This document shows positions 1-14,639 of a stretch of 64,000 nt of DNA, one piece after another. The notes under the pieces are model-generated. The model was not told the DNA's origin, did not search any database, and was given only the letters and a program-made list of their open reading frames with translations. Source of the DNA: Azolla caroliniana (lineage: Eukaryota; Plantae; Polypodiophyta). A program made the position numbers and the translations under genes. The stretch covers positions 2,852,001 to 2,916,000 of the forward strand of contig JBHGNT010000004.1 of assembly GCA_043228905.1 (NCBI GenBank), read 5' to 3'. Numbering within the stretch: position 1 is the first letter of the stretch; each line of letters begins with the position of its first letter.

Positions 1-3000
1 ATGAACCCTTAAATGGAGGGGAGGTATATCATTTTGCTCTTAGTTCATCAACCACACAGCTATATACTACATGTATTGCAACACTTAAGAAGTCCTCTCA
101 TATCAGGTGGTTGCAAAAATTCTTGAAGATGCAGCTTTGGGTAACTTCGATTCTGTGAGAAAGGTATCTTTGATAGTATGCATATGATTTCAATGCCTCT
201 TTTTGTCTTCTATGCGTGAGACAAACTTATATCAGTCAATGTCGCGCTTCTGTTATGTTTTTTCAATCTCTTTGAGAATAATTGGCAATTAGTTCTAGTG
301 TTGTACCTCAAAAGTTTATGCCAACTATATCTTTAATAAATTATTTTCAGCAAAGCGGTGCTCGAAGACTCCAAGATGCAATCGTGTTTGGGTTCCAAAT
401 GCAAAGGGTACCTGGTAAAGAATTGGCCATTCCTAACTGGTATACAAATGCTCAGAAAGAGCTAAGTTTGCGGTCAGCTGCCAGTTATGAACGTTTGGAT
501 ACTGTTTTGCCTGGGTCAAAATCTTCTCGGCCAGATATGTAAATTCCATTTGTTAAGTTCTAGACATTGTAGATGCCAAAGTTTTACACATTTAAGCTAT
601 AGCTTAACATATTTTATGTTTGTGTAGTGAAAATTTTGAAATTCTTCATGGAGATGGATATCATCTTCTTGATACAGTAGCTTTTTTGAAGAGCCTTTCC
701 AGATTGGCACGGGTAACAGAGAAGAATATTGAAAAGACACCATTACGTGAGTGGCTTGCTGCATCAGCTTTGTTTAACTGGGAGGTGTGTTATGATGTCA
801 GAATATATGTTTGATCTAACTTCTTTTAGCAGGTTACTTGTTGAAACATAAATACAGGAGGGAAATAGTCAATTCGTGTCATATGTTTGCAGGATGAAAT
901 TTTTGTGAGTAGAGCACCAGGCCGTCTGGATGTCATGGGAGGAATCGGTGACTATTCTGGAAGCTTAGTTTTGCAGGTGAACTAGATGTATTTTGGTTAT
1001 ATTGATAAATATCACAAGCATGATTGACCTAGGCAGCTTCTATTTTCTCAGATGCCAATACGCGAAGCATGTCATGTTGCTGTTCAACGTAGTCTCCCAG
1101 GAAAACAGCGTTTATGGAAGCATGCACTAGCAAGGAAAGACAATGATACAGGACCTGTGGTCCAGATTGTAAGTTCCTAGCCTCTGGTGTGTATTTTCGT
1201 TTGTTTTTATTTCATACTGTGGACAACCACATAACAACCTGATGTATATTCAGATATAATTCTCAGGGAAACCATTTCTGGTTATTAGATATTTTATGTT
1301 ACACAACGCCATGTGGGTCTTTATGTGCTACCCCTCAGTTTCTTTGTGATAGTGGTGCTCTCAATGATCCAGTATCCCTTTGTCCTGTTCAAGTCTTGCA
1401 GTAGGGATGAAAGGCTACTGAGAATACTTTTGCTGTAACTTATCCTATATTTCCAAGAAGAATTGTCTTGAGAAGAGAGAGATGCTGTTGTAGGTTTGTT
1501 AGGGGCAATTTCATAATGTAATTATTAATATTCTCATTTTTGGATTTAGGTGTCGTTTGGTGCAGAACTTTGTAATAGAGCTCCAACTTTTGACATGGAT
1601 ATTTCCGAGTTTCTGGATTCTGAAGGAAATCCTATCAGTTATTCCAAAGCCAGAGCTTTCTTTGAGAAAGATCCTTCACAAAAGTAGGACTTTTGTTGCC
1701 TTCATCCATAGGCCTGTTCATTGTAATTTGTTTTATGGAAGCTTGTCATTTGTTTTATAGGTGGGCAGCATACATTGCAGGAACACTGTTGGTGCTGATG
1801 CGTGAGAAAGGAGTGCATTTTCAAGATGGCATAAGTATATTGGTACCTATCCAGAGACATTTTCTCGCAGCTTATGAAATCATATCTACTAATTTCTGTT
1901 TTTCCTATTAAGTAGTCGTTCAATCATTATTGGTGTTTTCTGCAAGTAGGTATCATCTGCAGTTCCAGAGGGAAAAGGTGTCTCATCATCTGCTGCTGTG
2001 GAGGTTGCGACAATGTCTGCTATAGCAGCAGCTTATAGTAAGAATTGTCCTTGAGAATGTTGGAAATGAACACATGACAGAAAATAGATGTTCTATGATG
2101 TAAATCTGTTTATTTTCTTAGATAAATGTTCTATGACGTGAATCTGTTTATTTTCTTAGATCTCAATATCACAGCTAGAGAAATTGCAGCTCTTTGCCAA
2201 ATGGTAACTTATATAGAACACCTCTGTTGCTCATATCTTACTTTGATTTATGAAAGTCTCTTTTCTGAATCATTTTATTCAGGTGGAGAATCGTGTTGTG
2301 GGTGCTCCTTGTGGCATTATGGACCAAATGGCCTCAGCTTGTGGTGAGGCTTACAAGTTGCTTGCCATGGTTTGCCAAGTATGTCGCATCCATTTAAAAC
2401 CATTAGATGCTCATATTTCTCTTCTATATTCTAACCTTGTATTATTATTGTTTTCTGCCAGCCTGCAGAAGTTAAAGAGCATGTAAACATTCCAAGTCAT
2501 TTGCGATTCTGGGGAATTGACTCTGGAATCAGACATAGGTATATTTTTCTTCATCTTTTATGTTTTAAAGCCATTGACCTACAATGAAGAGTTCATATTC
2601 CATGGTTGTGCCCTTTCAAGAAGTGCGTAACTCTATATATTCATATTCGTTACAATACGTCATGTTGTCTTTGGGTTGTGTCCAGTGTTGGTGGAACAGA
2701 TTATGGTTCAGTAAGAGTTGGCACATTTATGGGTCATACTATAATTAAATCTGCTGCGACAAAGCTTTCATCTGAAGGGAAAGAAAATTTAGAAAATAAT
2801 TCTGGAAATTCTGTTTGCAATTTAGTTCTTAAAGAAAGCCAACTCACAGGTAAAACCAAAGACTGCTTTTAGTATTTCAAAAGGTAGAAAGTAACAAAAT
2901 ATTTCTCGAAAGGTATGAAGCTGTCTACTCAAACCTCCTTCCGGATAAAATAAAAGGAGAGGGCTTTTTGAGGTCCTATGGCAGTCATCAAGATGAGGTC

Positions 3001-4119
3001 ACGAGAATTGATCCAAGTTCGTATTACCCAGTAAAGGCACCTACAGCACATGCTGTATATGAGAATTTTCGCACAAAGGTAGTATATTTGAGAAGAGCAG
3101 GTTACTGAAATTTGCACTCCTTTTTTCATTTTATTATATGTATTTTTCCTTGTGCAGGCGTTTGCAGTGCTTCTTGAAGCTTCAAACTCTGATGAACAAC
3201 TTAGTATGCTGGGAGAGCTCATGTATCAGGTGTTGTGTATCATCAACACTAGAAACTTTGCTCTAATATGAACTTTTATTTATTTAATGTCAGCCCAGAA
3301 CAAGGCATATCGTCAATGTTGGTTCTCATTCTGTGAGTACTGATAAACCTAAGTGGGAAGCCTCTCTGTGCCCCCATATCAGTTGATAATTTAATTTGTG
3401 TGTCGATTGCAAAGAGTATTAATACACTCAAGTAACAGTTATGGATTTCAATTATGTGTTGGCTATGAAGAATAATACTACTTGAGAAACCCTTATCCGT
3501 TGTGAATTTCAATGTTTTGTATTGGTTGTGTAGAGTATTCTCAATGGGTGAACTTGTTGATGGTGTAATTTGACATTCCAAAGTTAATAACAATCCTTTG
3601 TTTCCTTGGCAGTCACACAATAGCTATTCCAATTGTGGGCTAGGATCAGCCGGCACGGATAAACTAGTACAGCTTGTGCATAATGCACAACATACAAAGT
3701 CATATAATGGTAAGGAAAGTTTGCTATTCGGGGCTAAGATAACAGGTGGTGGATGTGGAGGAACTGTATGTATTCTTGGGAAGAATAGTGTGGAAACCAC
3801 TGAACAAATCTCCAAGGTACATAGAATTTCGAAGTTTTGTAATCCTTGTAGTATGTGATATTATTTGGCTTGCATATTAAGTTCTTTCTGCCATGAAAAA
3901 TGGACACTACATGTCAAAGAACTAGCATGCCTACTTAAAGAAGATGGACTTATTAAAGACAAACTAGTTGGTTTAAGAAAGTCTTGTGCAATGGCTTTTC
4001 AGATGCAACAGGAGTATAAAATTGCCACGGGGCATTTGCCATTTATATTCGAGGGATCGTCTCCTGGTGCAGGAAAATTTGGATACCTGCGTATTCGTAG
4101 GAAAGTTATTCATCACTGA
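1..4119 (+). CDS. ARA1: L-arabinokinase (ARA1-like, GHMP kinase family); multi-exon, 5' part outside window
   Basis: GT-AG exons translate to GHMP/arabinokinase motifs: [23 protein letters not shown] (~893-976), [20 protein letters not shown] (~1950-2010), [21 protein letters not shown] (~2283), [17 protein letters not shown] (~2686), HAVYENFR (~3050), [14 protein letters not shown] (~3730) and the C-terminus [18 protein letters not shown]; stop at 4117-4119. Confidence 0.93.
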
Positions 4120-6040
4120 AAATGTTTATAATACAGCCTATTGCTTCCATTCTTGTTGTTACGGACAAAATCTCTTTTTATTCCAGAATAATTTGGTGCT
4201 CAATTATTTTGAAGCAGCTGTATATTTACAAAAGACATGCAATCATATAGTAAAATAGTGGGAAAATCTAAATTTAGTTGTATCTCTGTATTGCTTGCAA
4301 TATTTGCGAAATGTTGACTTCATTTGTCGACAAGAGCACTTCATATATATAGATGTTTCCTTGGTTAAAAACCTTTGTTGCGCTATGCAGTTCACTTCAT
4401 TGTGGCTTATTTCTTGTATAGAGAGTTTGCAATTCATGCTTTTGTCAAAATACTACGTTTGTCTAGGAATCTTCTTCGTCGCAATTTGAGCATATCTCAT
4501 GTTTATATTTGAATTATAATTGGGACCCAACGATAACGAAACTCATTTCAAATTTGTCTCTTTGATTTTGTGCTAACTATCATGTGAATTGGTTCACTAA
4601 TTGTCTTACCTTATTGCACCATAAATTGATGGGTGTCTTAAACATTGGGACAATAGGTAGATTCCAACCTAACCACCCCATAGGGAATTGTAGTAATTCA
4701 TTCTTACCCTCTTAATGTAATTAGACCTCAATCTCTTAGCAAACCCAATGACCAAACACCCAATCATTTGCCCTATAGTCCAAACACCCAATGTGCATGA
4801 TACAAATGAGGGTTAAATTGATTGCTTTGTCATCAATACATTAATTGGGCTTATTGCTAAGCAATAGTCCAAACAAGAAAAGGTAAGCAGTAGCCTTTTT
4901 TTGTGTCACCTAATGAAAGTTTCATTATTACAATAAAGATTTTGCAGTAAATGGAGCTTCAAGTTCTACTTTACATGCAATTGAGTCTATCACACCTTAC
5001 GTTGAGGATATGTGCATATCCACGAGTCTTCATCTGAAAAATGATTGAAGTTGGTCTACATTATGTGCAAATATAATCATTTGAAACCCTTGACCTTTGC
5101 TTCAAAACCATTAGCTCTTTAATAAATATATAAACAATCATTTTTGTTTATAGTAAAGTTAGCTATTCTTATCTTGAAATATTGATGTGAGGCTTATGAG
5201 CAATGTCCTAGACAATTGATGATCTTTGATTTCCTGAGGAAAATTAACATTTGTAGTGTTGGAACATATGGTTTGATTATCTTTCTATAACCTATAAAAA
5301 CAATGAGCAAATTCTCCTAAAATGTTTTTTGAGAGTGAGAACTTAAGTTTTCAAACATCATGAAGATGACAATATGTCGAATGCTTGTGCATGAAACCTT
5401 CAATGCAATTTCAAAGTTCAAAATCAAGTGGAATATTATTACATTGAGAAATGAGTCCCCTTGGGATGATAATGTGGCATACCTCACAATACGATGTAGT
5501 TAAATGCTTTCTTAGTTTTGTTTAATTGAATATGTAATTATGTGCTAAAGTTGTTGGTTCAAACATCAAACCGGAGACTATTTTCCCTCCTTTTTTTGCA
5601 TAATCGAACTTGGCCAAATGCATCTTGAAAGAGATAAGAGAGAGGCATACTTGGTCAATCTATATCTCGACTTGGTTCATAGGATTCGTCGTCTCCAAAA
5701 CAAGATGACCCATGTAGGACGTGGCAAACATGTAAGCAGTGGTATCAACGCAGAGGTACTACACAGTTGGTTGGTCGATCTACCTTCCCCACTCCCCACC
5801 CCACGGCCGGAAAAAAAGAGAAGGGGAAGGGGGGGGGGGGTGGTGCACGCACAATCTCAGTGAAAGACAAAGTTCCGATCCCAACCAATGTGTAAAACGG
5901 ATAGAGAGAAGAGGGGGGAGAGGATGCATGCATGCATATATACATATACATACATACATATATATATGTATGTATGTATGTACAATATATGTGTGTATAT
6001 AATTGTAGAAGGCGAATCTATCTATTTATTTATAAGACTA

Positions 6041-6079
<39 letters not shown>

Positions 6080-6187
6080 ATCTATCTGTCTTGTCTTGAC
6101 TCTTGTTTATGCCCATAATTCTGTAGTGTTCAGCCACGCCCATTTTTAAAAAACAGTACAACATTAAAACGGCTACTTCATCTCCTC

Positions 6188-6237
<50 letters not shown>

Positions 6238-6485
6238 CTTGGTTTGCCTGCTCATCAGCGACTAGCAGAAACGGTCGTCTGTGTCTGTGTGTCTCTCCCT
6301 CTATTACTATTACAATTACAATTAGAGAGGAGTTTTATTCTAAAGACTCTCTCTCTCTCTCTCTCTCAGATACTTATGCAACTAGAGAACAGTATTGTAT
6401 TGTATTGTATTGTCTAAGGCCTCTGTCTCTGTCTCTCTCACATACCCACCCCACCCACACAGAGTAACAAGAGACGCAGAGGAAG

Positions 6486-9400
6486 ATGAGGTGGCTTTTT
6501 GGGTGCTTCGGTTGTGGCAAATCATCAGCACCTCCTTCGGATCGCTCCCCTGCTCCCCTACCGCGGAAACAAAGGGTAAATTTTGTTCAGATCGCTAAAA
6601 TTCCCATTTTGTTTTTCTTTTCCATCCGTTCTTTTTTGATTCCGGTTTGGAGCTATCGTTTCTCCTGAGCAAAATCTAACGAAATTTTTTTTTGGATTCG
6701 TGCACAGAACCATCCCTCGCATTACACTCTGCCCTCTCGCTATTCTGCTGCCGCTGTTTCTTCTTCTCCGGCGACTCTTCGGAATGTACCTGAGAGATCA
6801 ATTCTAGAGAAGCATAAGGAGAAGAGAAATAACACCAAGAAGGATTATGGTGATCCCATTGTGAATGTAAGGACCCCAGAGAGAGAGAAGAAGGATTACC
6901 TTGACCGACACCACCCGTTGTCTCAGCTTGATGAATTGGAAGCAGAGCTTGAAGACCTACGGAAGCAAATTGATCGTGAAACTGAAGATGCGAGGAGGAT
7001 CAGAGAAGAGGTAATAGATATACATGTATCCATAATGACATTTAGACTATAATTTTATCATGCAAATATTCATCATTAACTCGTTTACTACTAAATTTCT
7101 CTTTTGCACTCTTAATTGGGCACAACTAATTTATAATTCATAAGTGTTTTCAGAAATCAGAGGATGACACATCAATAAGTTTGCAAGTGAGAGCGTGATT
7201 CATCAATGCATTCACATATAAAAGCATAAGTCATAGATACACATAAAAATTAGGCAACACTGCATCACTCTGTGATTTCAAAACATGCAATTATGGAGTT
7301 TCATAATTTCACTAGATACATTGATCCTTACTGACATTTGCACACAGGTTGCCATCCTGAAGTCACGAGACACGCTCAGAAAAGCTCAGCAAAAACCACA
7401 CGAACAATTCTTGAATTCTCAAGGGGAGTCAAATTCATGCTTTGTCTCAAAGTTACCAATTGGGACACCCGAAAAGATTTCTTTTATGACTGGCCTCAAA
7501 GCTTATGAACCTACACCGATAAAAGAATTTCATAGTATTTTACATGCAATAGACACTCCGGCTTCAAATAAGAGGATGTAAGTATCTCTATAGTACAGTG
7601 TACATGACCATGTTGATCCATATTTCAGATAACAAGACAATGTTTTATTTTTCAATGGTTTATAGGGCTCAAAGCAGGAGTTTGAATCATTCTCTACAAG
7701 GTAAGGAGGAGAAAGAAGAATCAATCCCATATGCCAAAAAACTTTCACCTCTTAAACCAAAGGTTCTTCGATCAAACGATGTTGCAAGCCCTGACAGTCA
7801 AGATCTGTTTGACATACCAGATGAATGCTTTAAAAAGAACGGTGGGCATTTGAACAGGGACGAAGGTAAATTGTTATCCAAGTATGGAGAAAACATTCAT
7901 CATTATGAAAGTGTAGAGATGAAGAAAAGAATTGTTCAGAATGAAGAAGAATCATCGTTACAAGAGTCATCAGAGGATGTTGGAATTGATGATGCCACAT
8001 TGGCAAATGAGAACATTGCAGAGAGTACAGAAAGGCCGAAATCTACAATATTGCCAAATGAGAGTAATGTTGAAATGCATTTCTTTGGGTGTGATACACT
8101 CTCTACAATAAGCGAATCTGAAGAGTCTGGGGGCAGTATAACTTCTTCAAGCTCTATTAGTGAGAGAAGAGATCATGACAACAATTCATGTTGTGATAGC
8201 GTTGATACCGAAAAGAACTCTCAATCAATCTCCCAATGCGAATCCAATTCTATCAGCTATGGATACCTGAGAAAAGCACGAGGTCACACTGTATCAATGA
8301 AAACAAACAGTAGCTATTCAACTGAAGAAGTTTCGTTTGATAATAAACAGGGGAATAAGCATACACAAGAAAGGTACAGCAATAGCTCTTCTTGTATTGC
8401 TGATTGTGCAGAGGAGCTTTATTCAGAAGAAAGCTGTTCCAACTCCTCCTTTGTTGAAAATGATACAGAGGAAAAGTATTCTGAAGAGACCTCTTCTGTT
8501 CATCATAGATATGAAGATGATAGAGGGAGTCTGTCTTTCTCTCATTCAGAAGATAGTGAGGAAACCGTGAGTGAATTGTGTCCTGAACCTTGCTTTTCTC
8601 CTCCAATCAGCTGTAGCCAAGAGATAAGTGGGAAGAAATATGAAGGTGAATATAGTAGTTCCGTGAACACTTTTGAAGAGATAGAAACAGAGCAATTCAA
8701 TGATCTCTACAGAAAAGATGATGGGTCTCAAAAGGTTAATATGAATGATATTTCAGATTGTGATCAAACTCCAGTGAAGCTACCTGAATGCTTAGCTACT
8801 CCGCCAATGGTGAATGCACATGAGTTGGGCAGTAATTGTTCTAGGGTAAGAAATAATAGATGGTCTTCCTCTGTGCTTACACCAGTAGAGAATGTCTCTC
8901 AATGGATGCAACTTAAAAAAAGGGATCCCAAACCAGAAGCAAGAAATCATTTTGATCCTAGTTCGAGCCAACTGACACCGATAATGAAAGAATTCAATGA
9001 ATTCAGCAACAAGAAAGAGAGGTGGGATGAGAACTCTCATGGAGTATATGGCACTCCTAGTAGAGATGTTGCATCAAAAAGTGTTATCTCAGGACCCTCC
9101 TCATCAGAATGCATGTCTCTTCGTGTTGATACAAGCTTTTCACATTGGGCAGTGAAAACAACAGAAGCTGATCCAATTCATGTGGACACAAGTTTGTCAC
9201 ATTGGCTCCACTCCTCTTCAAAGAAGCATTGCAACAAGGTAATCAGTAGTGATAACAACTCATCATCTGAAGAGGGTGGGATGAGAAGACCATCTCCTCA
9301 AGAGAAAATATATGAATCACCAAGCTCAAAGTTGAGAATTTCGGAGAATCAACATCTTGGTGTTTCTACTAGTAATGCTGATGCTTTGACACGGGATTTT

Positions 9401-9915
9401 TACTCCCCTAATTGTGCAAAGAGAAAACAACAAGCATGGGGTGGACAGGGTATACCGAACACTACTACCAAGTATAAGGAGGTTTGCTTATTTTACTCAT
9501 TGTTTTTATTGCATGCTAGCCATTGATAATTAGATTAACTCACTAATTAGTAGTAAATCTCATAGTTTCTGTAAACCGCCAATTGTGGTTAAGTTAACTA
9601 ACACACACACAAAATGATGAAGCAGTTATGAAGGATTAGTAAATCTCATGGTTTTTATTGCTAAACCACCAATAATGATTAGGTTAGCTCACTCACAAAA
9701 TTATTTTAGGAGCTTATCAAGGATTCTATCTCAGATGTTGCCCCTGCAAAGCAGCATTAGTCATATGATTACTTCAATTAGCAAGGGGTGAAAATCTCAC
9801 TGTTTTTTCTTTGCAATGCTTCTATTGTTGCTAGGATCAGAGAGTGAAATGGCATTCATCCCCTTTTGAGACCAGATTGGAGAAAGCTTTGTACAGGCAT
9901 GAGCATGGGGAGTAA
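6486..9915 (+). CDS. JASON-like protein (5 exons approx. 6486-6575, 6708-7010, 7348-7576, 7665-9481, 9835-9915)
   Basis: N-terminal LFGCF motif, then SVLTPVENVSQW, VDTSLSHWL and a spliced C-terminus WGGQGIPNTTTKYKE|DQRVKWHSSPFETRLEKAL. These are the conserved blocks of the plant JASON family; the middle is long, Ser/Glu-rich and low-complexity. Confidence 0.82.
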
Positions 9916-10919
9916 CATTGAGAAGGGTATCTATTCCGTGCCCTTTACCTCTGTTATTTCTAATGCATTCTTTCCCGCTGAAGAAGACTGGATGGGATTG
10001 ACCCTTTGCTAATTTCTTGTTCCAGGGGGATGATTTCTTCTGGACTCTCCGCTACAGATATATATAGCATGGCTAGGTAGCTGACAATGATTCCAGATCC
10101 CTACTAAAATTTGTCTTTCTATAGCATTTCTTATGCTTCTTTTCTTTTCTTTTCTTTTCTCAAATGTTTGTACTTCCTATTTTATTTGCTAACTATTGAT
10201 TGCCCTTGTACACAAACTCATCGATTTGTTGTTTCTACTCTATAATGCACACACCATCCAGACATTTGAATAATTGTGTGATCCTTTTCCTTTTGCATCA
10301 TTAGGAGGGAGGCAAGGAAGCCTAATTGGTATTAATTGATTAATGCATGCTTGATATAGGAAATGAAACTTTATAGACAGTTCAAGCCATCAATCACTAC
10401 ATGCAGCATTCTACTTGTGTTTTATTTTTATTTTTATTACTTTTTTGTAATCAGAGAGGGGGTCAAGAGATTGACATCATGTGCGCGAAGCGTGGGTTAA
10501 GTTCTTGTTAATGCTCATTAAGTGGCTCTAGTAATGAGAGCTCCCACTAGTTTTGGTGGCTTGTTTTGAGAGTGTAATAAAAAGAAAGGTCATCCTTCTT
10601 AGCGGGAAGCTCCAATGAGTTTGGTCACATGGCTGAAAACCCCCTCCAATGCCAAAGATAGGGGTGGTAATAAACTTCTTGTTTTTGCTTTTAGCTCAAT
10701 ATGATGTGCTCTCATCCTTACCCAAGTTCAGTAAAACAATTTGTTCATCCCAAATCGAGTTATTTTCAAAAAGAATTTCCATCAGTTTGCAAAACCATCC
10801 TGCACCAGTTCCATACAAGAGATCGTGCCATTGAAAAGACCTTAGATTATTAATCTCGCTTAACCTTGGGTCATGCCCAAGTGGGGATAGTTTCTCAATC
10901 AATTCCATGAGTAATGTTG

Positions 10920-13882
10920 GTTCTTCTAATTCTTGTTTTTGACCTCTCCCAAAAGTTTTGGTAATCTCAATCATATCCATTTTTTTTAGTAACACTTTTA
11001 TTACTAGTGGGAAACCTCAAAGTGAGGTGAAACCCCCCCACAAAGAATAAAGAGAAATATACAAGTGTTGATTAGACATGAAAGAGCTAAAAAGCACTCA
11101 AAGTAAAGAGTGTAAATTTGCAGTGTGATGACTCTAAGTTGCACACAATCAAATAAAGATTGCCTGAGAGATTGCTTAAAGAAGCTAACTTCATATAGTT
11201 GGTTGCGATCAAAGACCTTAGTATTGTGGACCATCCAAATGGTCCAGAGTGCCCAAAATCTTGTCCATTGGAGAAAATTGGCATTGCTTGATTTGTCCAA
11301 ATAGCCAAAAGTGTTTCCCAAACCTTCGGCTAGGAAATCTGTGAGAAAGACATGCACTGAATCTTTGTACAAATGTTGTAGTGAACCTAAACCTAAGTCC
11401 CTAATAAGTGTGGGAATGTTTCCAATCGTCCGCCACAACTTGCACAATGCGACGAGGCTATCAATCTCTTTTGAAGATTTGACCTAGTCAGGAGCACACC
11501 CAATAGGCATCTCCATAGGAATACCCGTTGCTTAAGTGGAAGACCAGAGCTCCATAAGCTTGTAAGCCAGTTTTGCCACCAGGACTGTGTTTTGTGTATG
11601 TGCCACAATGCATTTACATGTTCATGAAACCACGAGTTAGGTTGCAACAACATATGCACTGAATGTGTTGTAATCTTATTCATTGGAATAACAATGTTTC
11701 GTTTTTGTAACATCCAGTTTTGAATCCTACGATCTCCATCTAGAGGTGGCATAGGTACAAAAAAAATACCAACTTTGTGACTTGATTCCAAATAATGTGA
11801 TGACCCAAGACTATAACGACATGTCATGCCATTGAAGCCTAATAGGTGTGACCTTGGTCATTTACCACATTTGCATTTGATTTCAGCTCCTTTGCTAAAA
11901 AATAAGGTTTCCTAGGCTCTTGTTCATCTGGTGACCGTGGGAATATAACACTCAAATGCAAACTTTTGAGGGGTAAAGTGTTCACTAATTCTAAATTCCC
12001 GCCTCTCCATTTTATGTGGTGTAATACTTCTAGCCTAAGGCAATGTTTGTTCATCAATTTTGCAAGTACAGTAGCTTTTCTAGCCAACATATGCAACCGC
12101 AAATTAAGAATATTTAGCTCTTCACATAATTGTTGAGTGCATATCTTTTTTAGTGATATGAGTCGTACACCTCTACATTGACTGCTTAGAGCACCAAAAG
12201 TTGCGTATGATTTCTGAGTTAATCTTTTGTATCATGTGTTTTGGCCAATCAATCATAATTAAGTAATATTACATGTAAGCCATGAATATAGATTGCACTA
12301 TCCTCAATCTGACATGGCACAACCATGTTGCAATTTTCCAATAGCTTAGCTTTTGTTCACTTTTGCAGAACCCATTCAACCTTTCCTTTGCCTGTTGGAT
12401 TCCATCCCAATGGATAACCAAGATGTCTAACCATTTTATTTGGGCTAACAACATGACTTGGCCACAAAAGTTGATACCAACTATATGGTGTTAAAGGGTA
12501 GGAGTTTGGAATTACTGAAGTTAACATGTAGCTAGCAACTAATCTATACAATTTGAGGGCATCTATAATCACTATCATATCATTTGGTTGTTTTGTGACA
12601 AGAATGAAGTATCATCTACATATGCTTGAGCCACGAAATCATGTTCGTCTTTCATCTGCAAACCATGACATTGACCAATTGATACTAGATGATCCATGTA
12701 CAATAGTAGTGGACGAGTTGCAATTGCATATAACAATGCACTTACAGGAGAACCTTGTCGTACTGATTTGGTTAAGCTCCATGAATATGTCAATTCACTA
12801 TCAATAATGCATGAAGATGTGCTAGACCCATAAAGCCAATAGATTACTTGAGACATTTTCAAGCCAAATCCTAGTTTGACCATTGTAGCTGGCAAGCTGC
12901 CACAAAATCCCATTGTATGGTATCAAAGGCCTTTTCAATGTCAATTTGCATGATCAATAAATCTTGTTTGGTGTATTTAACATACTCCATTCCAATATAG
13001 GCATTAACAATATTATCTGTAATTTGCCTTCATGGAATGAACCCGGACTAGTTTACATCTATGCCTCCAAACAAAGTGTCCTTAATACAATTAACAATCA
13101 TCTTTGCAATAAGTTTATATATTACTGGCGGCATGAGAGTGATTGGTCGCCAATTTGAAAAAGATTCACACAATTTCTTTTTGGGTATTAATTTGACCAA
13201 ACCTTCTTTCCATGAGATAGGCATATCCCATTGTTGCCAAGCTTTATTTGCCATTTACAAGATTAAATCCTTAAGGACATCCCAAAATTCTGCAATGAAC
13301 TCTAATGTAATACCATCCCAAGCATATTTGAATGCCCACTAGTGTTATCTCCTGCATTTGGAGAGTTGTTGAAGTCTCCACATATAAATGCATTTTTGTG
13401 GCCATGGATAAGCACAAATCTCTTGCCAAAGTAAAGCTCTTGCCCTTGAGGCATTCTGAGCATATATTCCAACAAAATCATACGTCTCTCCATTTATCAT
13501 GCATTGCACAACCATCCACCTCCCACATTGATCATTATAGGCCATTATTGGATTTAGCTCATGTTTTATGATCATCAACACTCCAGATGTTGTACCGTGA
13601 CTTGCATAGAAAATGTCAAAAGCTCCTAATGAACCAGCTTGACCACTGAATTCAACTTGTTTATGTTCTTGAACACAAATTACATTTGATTGAGAAGAGG
13701 TAATATAGCTCCAAAATAATTTCCATTTACTAGGGTTACAAAGCCCCCGTATATTGAAGGAGACACATTTGACTTGTTTATGCATGGTTAATATGGTCGA
13801 AGATATAAAATAAAGCATCTCGACCATGAAGAATCTTGTGTTCTTCTAGTTCTTGTTTTTGGTCTCTCCCAATAGTTTCGGT
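10920..13882 (-). mobile_element. Degenerate non-LTR (L1-type LINE) retrotransposon ORF2 remnant
   Basis: Frameshifted minus-strand fragments in the expected order: APE endonuclease (SFNIRGL, CVQEHK, GIYA, ICGDFN; 13302-13827), RT (LIPKK..NWRPITL 13048-13254; VRQGSPVSALLY and YVDD 12575-12913), zf-RVT-like (VFLWR..CASC..ET.HL 11393-11827) and WTIWMVHN (11004-11447). Boundaries approximate. Confidence 0.88.
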
Positions 13883-14578
13883 GAGGGAATATAAATATAT
13901 TGGACTCCAAAGCAATAGGTGATGTTATGGCTTCTCTCTTTTCAATCCTTTCAATGCCTATGTAAATTTATTGTGGTTTGGTGAGAGTTCTAAAAGTGTC
14001 CATTAATCTCCATTTAGATTTCTCAATACCAAGACATTATGATGTGGAATAGTCTTTAATTGGTGTCCCTCATTGGTAGAAGATCAATGTCCACTAATTC
14101 GTTGGTAGAAGATGAAAGCAAATTGACTTAACTAGAGCCAAATTAGAGAGTATGCGCGCACACACACCCACACCCACATTCATATGAGAAATGTATCAAT
14201 CCTTGTGCTAATGGATCAACACAATTATTCGTCTACACTCCTGTTCTCTTTATTTTTGAAAAAGATGGTGTGATTCGTACTTGGGAAGTCCTCACCTAGG
14301 GTTCTCCTCACTCTACAAGTTATCTAGTGTGCAAATCTCCTCCTCTCATTGACCTACAAACCACTCACAATGGGCTTCTGAATTTCCGAACCATTGGCGT
14401 CTTTTTAGCCAAGCTACATTTTGTGATATTAACAGTCACCTCAACATGCGATATGTTAGGAAACCATGTACCATGTTTGTTGTTGAGAATGCGCAAGGGA
14501 CATCTAACATCCATCTATGTGCATGTTAGGATTGACATGCACATTGATAGACACCCTTATTTTTTTCGTCATAGTGTA

Positions 14579-14639
<61 letters not shown>

